A program made the translations under genes and the position numbers. A stretch of DNA of 64,000 bases from Candidatus Magasanikiibacteriota bacterium (GTDB taxonomy: Bacteria; Patescibacteriota; Patescibacteriia; Magasanikbacterales; UBA922). Shown here in pieces: positions 28,846 to 35,882 of this stretch (the first letter of the stretch is position 1; each line of letters begins with the position of its first letter). The notes under the pieces were generated by a model that was given only the letters and a program-made list of their open reading frames with translations, searched no databases and was not told the origin of the DNA. Location of the stretch: the NCBI GenBank assembly GCA_016207245.1, contig JACQQA010000009.1:9165-73164 (forward strand), written 5' to 3'.

Positions 28846-28916
28846 GGGCCCGTGGTGTAACAGTAACACATCAGATTGATACTCTGACTATACGGGTGCA
28901 ATTCCCGTCGGGTCCA
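28846..28916 (+). tRNA. tRNA-Ile (anticodon GAU)
   Basis: Hand-folded cloverleaf: acceptor GGGCCCG/CGGGTCC, D stem GTGT/ACAC, anticodon stem TCAGA/TCTGA with loop TTGATAC, T stem ACGGG/CCCGT. Own TTGTAA-N17-TATAAT promoter at 28801-28829. Confidence 0.8.
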
Positions 28917-29072
28917 CAAAAATCGTCTCTAAAGAGGCGGTTTTTGATTTAACAATCCATGCGGGTGGCTAGATTGTGTTTTGCAATAATCGGTGCTAAA
29001 CTTATTTTAGGTCAGAACCCAAACCGTATGAGCAAAACAAAAATAATCCCAACCGCCCGCTAACAACATTTT

Positions 29073-29582
29073 ATGCGCTTAATAAAACCCACACTAAAAT
29101 ACAAAACAAGCTTTCAAAGAGGATTGAAAGAGTTTCTTAAAATTGATAAAAGAAATCAAGAAGGCCATGGCAACGAAGGAGATCCGGCGAAAATTGAAGA
29201 ATACATTAAAAAAAGCCGGTGCTACGAAAGAGGCGTAAATTTACCCAAAGGCATTGTCCCGGCCTCCACCTTTTGGCTGATAGATAAAGGTATTTTTATT
29301 GGGCGAGTGGGCATAAGGCACAAATTAAACAAAAAACTGCGCGGCTTCGGTGGTCATATCGGCTACGCCATCCGGCCATCAAAACGCAATCGAGGCTATG
29401 GCAGTAAAATTTTGAGGCTCGCCCTGCAAAAGGCCAAACAATTGGGACTCAAAAAAGCTCTGGTCACTTGTGATGATACCAACATCGCCTCGCAAAAAAT
29501 TATTGAAAAAAACGGCGGCAAATTGCGAAGAAAAAAGAAATGGGAAAAAAAATTAATGCGGTTTTATTGGATTGAGCTTTAA
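29073..29582 (+). CDS. GNAT family N-acetyltransferase
   Basis: IRPSKRNRGYGSKILRLALQKAKQLG (acetyl-CoA binding R/Q-x-x-G-x-G/A). Confidence 0.8.
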   Translation: MRLIKPTLKYKTSFQRGLKEFLKIDKRNQEGHGNEGDPAKIEEYIKKSRCYERGVNLPKGIVPASTFWLIDKGIFIGRVGIRHKLNKKLRGFGGHIGYAIRPSKRNRGYGSKILRLALQKAKQLGLKKALVTCDDTNIASQKIIEKNGGKLRRKKKWEKKLMRFYWIEL

Positions 29583-29793
29583 CATTAACAAAAACATATC
29601 ATATACTATTTGGCATACTGTGATATACAAAATAGGATCTTATTATATTATACATAGCAGTTACCCACAAACCACCCATATTTTATGGGCGGTTTTGTTT
29701 TAAAACCAAACCTCTTAATCAACGGCTCAATCTGTGCTATACTTTAAATTGACACAAAGACAAAATGGGTAGATAATATCTACCTTCTGTTTT

Positions 29794-31161
29794 ATGCCAA
29801 TTAACCGACATAAAATTCTGCTGGTTGGCCTAAAAAGCCTGGTTTATCTAAAACGAGGCTTGATTTGGTCGTTGACGCGGATTTCTTTTTTATTTATCAA
29901 GCTCGGCCTGCTCGGAAAAAATATTTTCGGCTTTAGGGTTTTAAAAATCGGCTTTCGTTTTAAAAAATTGTTCGGCAAACTTAATTTAGGCGGCAACAAT
30001 CGCCTAACTGAATTGCTGGGGGCAAGGTGGACACTGCAAATAATTATTTTCCTTGTCATAACTTTTTTAATGGTCCCGCATAGCCGGCTTTACACGCGCG
30101 ACACGACTGAAATCGCGGGCCAAAAAACCTTGCTTTACAAAATCGTCGGCCCGGGCGAACAAGACTTTAGTCTTGACGCGATAACTTTTGAAACCGTTTC
30201 CGCTACAGTTCAAGAAAAAACCGCGCCGAACTGGAAAGAGGGCGCGGTTGGCGCGCAACCCGGCGCGACGGCCGGCGCCGCGAGCCAGCCGTTTCAACCG
30301 CAGGATATCGCGTCCATAAGTTCCGGCGGCATGGCTTTATCAAAGCCGACCATCTTGCCCGGGGCAGTTGTTCCGGGCTCAACTTCCGGCCCGACAAGAA
30401 CGCAAATTGTTTTACATACCGTGCAAACCGGCGACACCATCGGCAGTATCGCGGAAAAATATCGCGTCAGCATAGCCACCATACTTTGGGCTAATAACCT
30501 AACCGAGCGTTCTTACATCCGGCCGGGAAACGAATTAAAAATCTTGCCGGTGTCCGGACTTCTTCATACCGTTAAAAAAGGCGACACAATCGCGAAAATC
30601 GCCAAACTCTACAAAACTGACGCGGAAAAAATAATTAAATTTAATAAATTAAAAGAAGACGGATCTGATGTGGTAATCGGCGAAGGATTGGTAATTCCCG
30701 ATGGTTTGAAACCGCAGCCGGTTTACGCTCCGAGCCGCGTTTACACCCAGCTTGGCAGTGTTTCCGCGCCGCCGTATTCGGTTAACGCGCCCGCCGGCTC
30801 CGGTTATTTATGGCCGACAACCGTACGCAGAATCACGCAGTACTTTAGTTGGCGGCATACCGGCATAGATATCGCCGGCCCGGTTGGCACGCCGATTTAC
30901 GCGTCGCGCAACGGAACGGTTATCCGCTCGCAATGCGGCTGGAACGGCGGTTACGGCTGTTATATAATAATCGACCACGGCGGCGGAATCACCACTCTTT
31001 ACGGCCACAACTCGCGCTTGTATGTGAAAGTCGGCGAATCAGTTTCGCAAGGCCAGACCATCGCTCTCATGGGCTCTACCGGACGCTCAACCGGCCCCCA
31101 CTCGCACTTTGAAGTCCGCGTCAACGGCCGCCGTGTCAATCCGTTCCAATACGTAAAATAA
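29794..31161 (+). CDS. LysM-domain M23 family metallopeptidase
   Basis: Two LysM repeats (HTVQTGDTIGSIAEKY.., HTVKKGDTIAKIAKLY..) and M23 motifs HTGIDI...GSTGRSTGPHSHFEV. Confidence 0.93.
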   Translation: MPINRHKILLVGLKSLVYLKRGLIWSLTRISFLFIKLGLLGKNIFGFRVLKIGFRFKKLFGKLNLGGNNRLTELLGARWTLQIIIFLVITFLMVPHSRLYTRDTTEIAGQKTLLYKIVGPGEQDFSLDAITFETVSATVQEKTAPNWKEGAVGAQPGATAGAASQPFQPQDIASISSGGMALSKPTILPGAVVPGSTSGPTRTQIVLHTVQTGDTIGSIAEKYRVSIATILWANNLTERSYIRPGNELKILPVSGLLHTVKKGDTIAKIAKLYKTDAEKIIKFNKLKEDGSDVVIGEGLVIPDGLKPQPVYAPSRVYTQLGSVSAPPYSVNAPAGSGYLWPTTVRRITQYFSWRHTGIDIAGPVGTPIYASRNGTVIRSQCGWNGGYGCYIIIDHGGGITTLYGHNSRLYVKVGESVSQGQTIALMGSTGRSTGPHSHFEVRVNGRRVNPFQYVK

Positions 31162-31163
31162 AT

Positions 31164-32684
31164 ATGTTTACAAAAATAAACTCGTCCACCACTGTCGGTC
31201 TGGATTGCGCGCCGATTACCGTGGAAATTGATCTTGGCAAAGGTTTTCCTAATTTTCAAATCGTCGGCTTGCCTGATACCGCGATACAAGAAGCCAAAGA
31301 AAGAATCCGAGCGGCGTGGAAAAACAGTGAATTGCATTTTCCCAACGGCCACCGGATTTTAATTAACCTCGCGCCCGCAGATGTGCGCAAAGAAGGGTCG
31401 GCTTTTGACTTGCCAATGGCTGTCGGCATGTACACCGCGCTGGAATTGCCGGAATTGGATTTGAATAATTCAATTTTTATCGGCGAATTGGCGCTGGATG
31501 GAAAACTCCGGCGCACTACCGGAATTTTGCCGCTGGCGATTTACGCGAAACAAGCCGGCTACCAAAAAATTTTTGTGCCGGCGAGCAACGCGAAAGAAGC
31601 CGGACTGATTTCCGGCATTGAAATTTATCCGGTGGAATCTTTTCGCGCGATAGTAAATCACTTGTCTGAATTTGAACAAATCCCACAGCTTCCGCCGCAA
31701 GAAATCAGCAAACTATTTTCCCGCTCTGTTTACGAAATGGACATGGCATATATAAAAGGACAGGAATATGTTAAACGGGCGATGGAAATCGCGGCTTCCG
31801 GCGCGCATAACATCTTGCTCTCCGGCCCGCCCGGGTCTGGCAAAACTTTGCTGGCGAGAACTTTGCCGTCAATCTTGCCGCAAATGACCGCGGATGAAGC
31901 GATTGAAGTAACAAAAATTTATTCGGTTGCCGGCATGTTGCCGGAAGAAATGCCGTTAATCACTGAACGCCCTTTTCGCGCCCCGCATCACAGCGCGTCA
32001 GATGTGGCTCTGGTCGGCGGCGGCAAGTTTCCGCGCCCCGGAGAAATTTCTCTCGCCCACCGCGGCGTTTTATTTTTAGATGAATTTCCGGAATTTCCGC
32101 GCACGGTTTTGGAAAGTCTGCGCCAACCCCTAGAAGACGGCGTCGTCACCATCTCCCGCGCCCAGGGAACAATTACCTTTCCCGCCAGTTTCACATTAGT
32201 CGCGAGTCAAAATCCCTGTCCTTGCGGCTATGCCACTGATCCGGATCGAACCTGCTCGTGTTCGCCGATGCAGGTCTCGCGTTATCAAAAAAAAATCAGC
32301 GGCCCATTGTTGGACCGCATTGATTTGCACGTGGAAGTGCCGCGAGTGAAATTTGAAAAACTCGCGAAAGAAGAGTTGGCGGAATCTTCGGAAAAAATCC
32401 GCGAGCGGGTTGAGGCCGCGCGCGAACGGCAAAGAAAAAGATTGAAAGATTCGCCGTATCAAGCGAACAGCGAAATGAAAAACAAAGACATCAGAGAATT
32501 TTGCAAATTAAACGACCAATCAATTGATTTGCTCCGCCAGGCCGTAACCCAAATGCATCTCTCCGCCCGCGGTTATCATCGCATCTTAAAACTCGCCCGC
32601 ACCATCGCCGACCTCGGCGGGTCTGACGACATTGCCACCGAACATGTGGCCGAAGCTTTGCAGTATAGAGCGAAGGTGGAATGA
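31164..32684 (+). CDS. comM: YifB/ComM family Mg-chelatase-like AAA+ ATPase
   Basis: Lon-like N-domain, GPPGSGKT Walker A, full-length YifB-like sequence. Confidence 0.93.
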   Translation: MFTKINSSTTVGLDCAPITVEIDLGKGFPNFQIVGLPDTAIQEAKERIRAAWKNSELHFPNGHRILINLAPADVRKEGSAFDLPMAVGMYTALELPELDLNNSIFIGELALDGKLRRTTGILPLAIYAKQAGYQKIFVPASNAKEAGLISGIEIYPVESFRAIVNHLSEFEQIPQLPPQEISKLFSRSVYEMDMAYIKGQEYVKRAMEIAASGAHNILLSGPPGSGKTLLARTLPSILPQMTADEAIEVTKIYSVAGMLPEEMPLITERPFRAPHHSASDVALVGGGKFPRPGEISLAHRGVLFLDEFPEFPRTVLESLRQPLEDGVVTISRAQGTITFPASFTLVASQNPCPCGYATDPDRTCSCSPMQVSRYQKKISGPLLDRIDLHVEVPRVKFEKLAKEELAESSEKIRERVEAARERQRKRLKDSPYQANSEMKNKDIREFCKLNDQSIDLLRQAVTQMHLSARGYHRILKLARTIADLGGSDDIATEHVAEALQYRAKVE

Positions 32685-32830
32685 GATGACGTGAAATGGA
32701 GTATAGAACACGTAACTTAGGAACAAATTAGACAATTTAATTTTTTACAACTCCCTCACCACAATAATTTGCAACGAAAGAGATGTGCCCTGCGACTTCC
32801 GAGTGCCGGAAGTCCAAGGCTCGCCTTCCG

Positions 32831-33052
32831 TTACCCGTGCGGAAGGAACACGTTTTTGGGACCTTCGGGCCCGAAGAACTTCTCCGTGGCCCAAAAGATC
32901 CACGTCCAGTGGATCGTGGCAACAATGACGGCCGCCAAGGCCGCTATTATCGCCCCGGTGCTCTGGATAAGCACCAAAAATACAGAAAGTGGGCCAGCGC
33001 CGGCCCACAACACTGCCGCGACAAACAGTACCACAAAAAATACACTTTTCAC
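32831..33052 (-). CDS. GC-rich island 3: 73-aa two-TM membrane protein
   Basis: TAGGAGG SD 6 nt before GTG at 33052. VKSVFFVVLFVAAVLWAGAG...IIAALAAVIVATIHW. Followed by hairpins GACTTCCG/CGGAAGTC and CCTTCCG/CGGAAGG. Confidence 0.5.
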   Translation of the reverse strand: MKSVFFVVLFVAAVLWAGAGPLSVFLVLIQSTGAIIAALAAVIVATIHWTWIFWATEKFFGPEGPKNVFLPHG

Positions 33053-33123
33053 TTCTCGCCTCCTATTTAAAGAACACTTTCGGGTACTCTCTGCCACCAT
33101 GACAGTTCATTCCCGAACAATTA

Positions 33124-33152
33124 AGTATATTCTATTTTTACAATTTTGTCAA
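33124..33152 (-). promoter_or_regulatory. Promoter TTGACA-N17-TATACT for island 3
   Basis: Counted by hand. The leader contains a TTCGGG...CCCGAA stem. Confidence 0.6.
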
Positions 33153-33177
33153 GACCTATGACGAAAATATATATGAC

Positions 33178-33206
33178 TTGACACAATAGTTCAAATTAAC
33201 TATAAT
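33178..33206 (+). promoter_or_regulatory. Promoter TTGACA-N17-TATAAT for the TrmB paralog
   Basis: Counted by hand. Confidence 0.6.
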
Positions 33207-33256
33207 ATTAAATATAAAAATGACGAAAAGTTTGTCAAATATTACTTATCAACAGT

Positions 33257-34003
33257 GTGGTCAAAGAAAAACTAAAATCCGCCCTACGGGGGTATGGCTT
33301 AAACGACAGAGAAACCGGTGTGTATCTTGCCTTATTGGAGTTGGGTGTGGCCAATGGCCACGAGGTGGCGGAAAAATCCGGAATGATTAGAACAACAACT
33401 TACAGCTTGCTGGAAGAGTTAAAAAGAAAAGGCTTGGTAACCGAAGTCGAAAAAGGGAAGATAAAACACTACTCAATAGAAAACCCGCAAAAAATAATTA
33501 CTGAAATGGAAGAAAGAAACAAGTTAATAAAAGAAACGCGAGGGGAGCTCTTGTCTTTATATCAAGCCGCGGAACATCGGCCGATAGTGCGATTTTATAA
33601 AGGTTTGGAAGCGATAAAAAAATTGCACGATGACATTCTGAAAGAACGCGGACTTAAACAATATGATATTCTGACTGCCGAAGCTGACTGGCTGAATCTG
33701 GATAAAGAATTTTTCTCATCTTTTTTGCAGCGTCGCGCTGACCGCGGCATCCATACTCGCCTGATTCTTGACAGTAAATCTAAGGGGTTAGAGCATCAAG
33801 AAAAAAACAAACAACTGAACAGGGAGGTGAGGTTTTTGCCGCCCGAATACCAGGACGCTTACACTTCTGAAGTCTATATCATGCCACGCAAAGTGATTTT
33901 CATCGCGGAAAAAAAAGAATTGCTGGCCGTGGAAATTGAAAGCATGGATATTGTTGAGGCACAGCAATTCTTGTTTAATTTTTTGTGGAATAATACAAAA
34001 TAA
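33257..34003 (+). CDS. TrmB-family transcriptional regulator (paralog 3), GTG start
   Basis: GLNDRETGVYLALLELGVANGHEVAEKSGMIRTTTYSLLEELKRKGLV. Confidence 0.8.
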   Translation: MVKEKLKSALRGYGLNDRETGVYLALLELGVANGHEVAEKSGMIRTTTYSLLEELKRKGLVTEVEKGKIKHYSIENPQKIITEMEERNKLIKETRGELLSLYQAAEHRPIVRFYKGLEAIKKLHDDILKERGLKQYDILTAEADWLNLDKEFFSSFLQRRADRGIHTRLILDSKSKGLEHQEKNKQLNREVRFLPPEYQDAYTSEVYIMPRKVIFIAEKKELLAVEIESMDIVEAQQFLFNFLWNNTK

Positions 34004-34102
34004 ATGCTCCACAAATGGAAACAGCCGCTGCTCTTTCCTGGTTTCAATTTTGTTATATTATAACCCCCAACCCCTCATCATTATTCTCATATGAAGATAG
34101 TT

Positions 34103-34588
34103 TTATAATGCTTGCCCAATCTTTTTCTTTTTTGTCCTTGTCAGTTCTCCAAAAACAATCGTTGTCGCTCCCACCACAATCATCACATCCGCCAAATTTA
34201 TCACCCCAGTCAAAATCCGCAAGTAATCAATCGTGGCGCTGAAGAGAACTCTGTCTATAAAATTAGATAACGCACCAGAGATAATTAAACAATTAGCAAT
34301 TAACAAATAACAATCGGCCGCTTTGTCAGCAAATAATTTAATTAACCAAACAACCAGTCCAAAAATAATCAACGGCGTGATTAAAACCAACAGCCAATTC
34401 GGAAACGGTAAAGAAAACGCGATGCCGGGATTGGCCATATACTCCCATCCCAGCCACTTGCCAATAATATGATACTCAAAATCCTGATTGCTCCGCGCGA
34501 AAAATTTTAATAACTGGTCCACCAACAAAAAAATTCCGCCCATGCCCACTAATACGCAGACCCTCGGACGGAATTCTTTAATAAACAT
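34103..34588 (-). CDS. lspA: Lipoprotein signal peptidase II
   Basis: NPGIAFS, ALSNFIDR and INLADVMIVVG motifs. Confidence 0.9.
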   Translation of the reverse strand: MFIKEFRPRVCVLVGMGGIFLLVDQLLKFFARSNQDFEYHIIGKWLGWEYMANPGIAFSLPFPNWLLVLITPLIIFGLVVWLIKLFADKAADCYLLIANCLIISGALSNFIDRVLFSATIDYLRILTGVINLADVMIVVGATTIVFGELTRTKKKKIGQAL

Positions 34589-34652
34589 ATTTCTCTATCT
34601 CTATATCTCTATTTATCTCCGTTATCTCAACCATCTCCCATCTCAAATCCCT
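34589..34652. repeat. ~8-nt-period degenerate tandem repeat (ATCTC on plus strand, GAGAT on minus strand) in the lspA leader
   Basis: tctctatctctatatctctatttatctccgttatctcaaccatctcccatctc. Related tract at 40561-40596. Confidence 0.6.
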
Positions 34653-34696
34653 CAATAACAATTTTAAAAATAGAACAATTCAACAACAATCACTCA

Positions 34697-35089
34697 CTAT
34701 ATCTCATCCGTCAACGCCTTCTTGCAACTCACGCACGCGCCGGATGTCGGCCGAGCCAACAAACGTTTCTCGTCAATCGGCTTATCGCAATACTTGCAAA
34801 TTCCATAACCGCCCTTTTTCAAGCGCTCCAAAGATTTATTTACATCGCGTAATTCTTTTTCCAACGCGATCTCCATCGGCTTGTCCGCGGTGTATTGCGC
34901 GATCTCTTGGGCGTTCTCATCTTCTTTGTCGCCATATTCAGGAAACTCAGCGTCATAATCATCTTTGATATGTTTGTTTTTTGTGGTAAATTTTGCCAGC
35001 TCGCTTTCCAGTCTGGTTTTTTCCGACAATAATAATTTCTTTATTTTGTCTAAAAACTCTGGGCTGAACGCATTAATCTTTTTAGCCAT
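34697..35089 (-). CDS. TraR/DksA-family C4 zinc-finger protein
   Basis: CKYCDKPIDEKRLLARPTSGACVSCK four-Cys finger after a coiled-coil region. Confidence 0.8.
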   Translation of the reverse strand: MAKKINAFSPEFLDKIKKLLLSEKTRLESELAKFTTKNKHIKDDYDAEFPEYGDKEDENAQEIAQYTADKPMEIALEKELRDVNKSLERLKKGGYGICKYCDKPIDEKRLLARPTSGACVSCKKALTDEI

Positions 35090-35190
35090 ATAATTAACAT
35101 TACTCCATTATTATAAATAAAATCACTAATCAATGCAAGGGGAGATAGTATAAAACACAAAACTCGCGCTGTCAAGCATAACAACAAAAT

Positions 35191-35660
35191 AAAAAAGGCG
35201 GTCAAGCGCCCTAGGTAAATAACTTAACGGCGTGCCGCCTCAGTATCCCCAGGATACGCCTTTCAGGTAATCTAAAGGTGTTTTCCTCGCCACGCCGTAG
35301 TCCGCCCGAGGCGGACGAAGGCAGGCAAAAATACACTTAGAATACCTGAAACGCGACTGTCCTTGGGGACAGTAGTCTCCTTTCTACCGCCATAAGGTGG
35401 ACATTCCCGGCGATTCGGCCCGAAGGCACAAAACGCATAATGGGAAGTCACCGTTTCGAGCTAGCCATTAATTTTTGGCTTTTATTTTTGTTTCTTCGTC
35501 ACGCCGTAGTCCGCCCGAGGCGGACGAAGGCGGACACCCGATTGAGTCGGGAGCTAACGAATGGTAAGCTCGAAATTTGAGGTAGTAAAAAGGGAAGTGC
35601 TCCACCTGAATAAATTCAGAAGGAACAAATCCTGACTTTTAAAGAACAATTTTAAAGTAT
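35191..35660 (-). ncRNA. Candidate ~470-nt structured RNA of unknown class
   Basis: ORF-free region with a consensus promoter at 35667-35695 and a GGCG..CGCC + T6 end at 35191-35210. Many hand-paired helices, for example ACUGUCC-CCAA-GGACAGU, CCCGA-CUCAA-UCGGG, GUAUCC-UGGG-GAUAC, GGCGU...ACGCC. A ~36-nt hairpin module is duplicated. Confidence 0.6.
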
Positions 35661-35666
35661 ATTAAT

Positions 35667-35695
35667 AGTATAGCACATTTTTTAACTCTTGTCAA
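35667..35695 (-). promoter_or_regulatory. Promoter TTGACA-N17-TATACT driving the candidate ncRNA
   Basis: -35 at 35690-35695, -10 at 35667-35672, 17-nt spacer counted by hand. Confidence 0.65.
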
Positions 35696-35734
35696 GGGCA
35701 TTATGATGCTTTTTTAATTTTTTGCTAATTTTAG

Positions 35735-35771
35735 ATAAAAAATAATAAAACTTGTCCGCCGAAGAGGCGGA
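35735..35771 (-). terminator. Rho-independent terminator after ychF
   Basis: Minus strand TCCGCC-TCTTC-GGCGGA followed by CAAGTTTTATTATTTTTT. Confidence 0.6.
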
Positions 35772-35796
35772 ATAGTATACACTAGTGTATACTATT
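35771..35796. promoter_or_regulatory. Perfect 26-bp palindrome AATAGTATACACT|AGTGTATACTATT
   Basis: All 13 pairs checked by hand. Candidate dimeric-protein binding site. Confidence 0.5.
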
Positions 35797-35812
35797 GGGC
35801 TAAAAAATAGAA

Positions 35813-35857
35813 AGTTATCCACAATTTAGCCAAGTTTTCCCCAGAGTTATCCACAAT
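35813..35857 (+). promoter_or_regulatory. Two identical 13-mers AGTTATCCACAAT, each with a perfect DnaA box TTATCCACA, 32 bp apart
   Basis: Boxes at 35815-35823 and 35847-35855, upstream of the ncRNA promoter and next to an AT-rich tract (35712-35752). Confidence 0.55.
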
Positions 35858-35882
35858 AGTATAGAGTGTTGTATACTTTCGG

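Noticed and set aside
35200-35640. RNase P RNA on the plus strand. GGTAAGCTCGAAATTTGAGGTAGTAA and GCTCCACCTGAA..CAGAAGGAACAAATCC resemble the S-domain motifs GGUAAG..GAAA..GGUAAGAG and CUCCACC..CAAGGCCAAAUAGG.
   Set aside because: No GAGGAAAGUCC / ACAGAA..GGCUUA P4 pair could be found in either order, and the sequence after 35640 is AT-rich filler. The only clean promoter and terminator are on the minus strand. It is kept as an unknown-class ncRNA, and cmscan should settle it.
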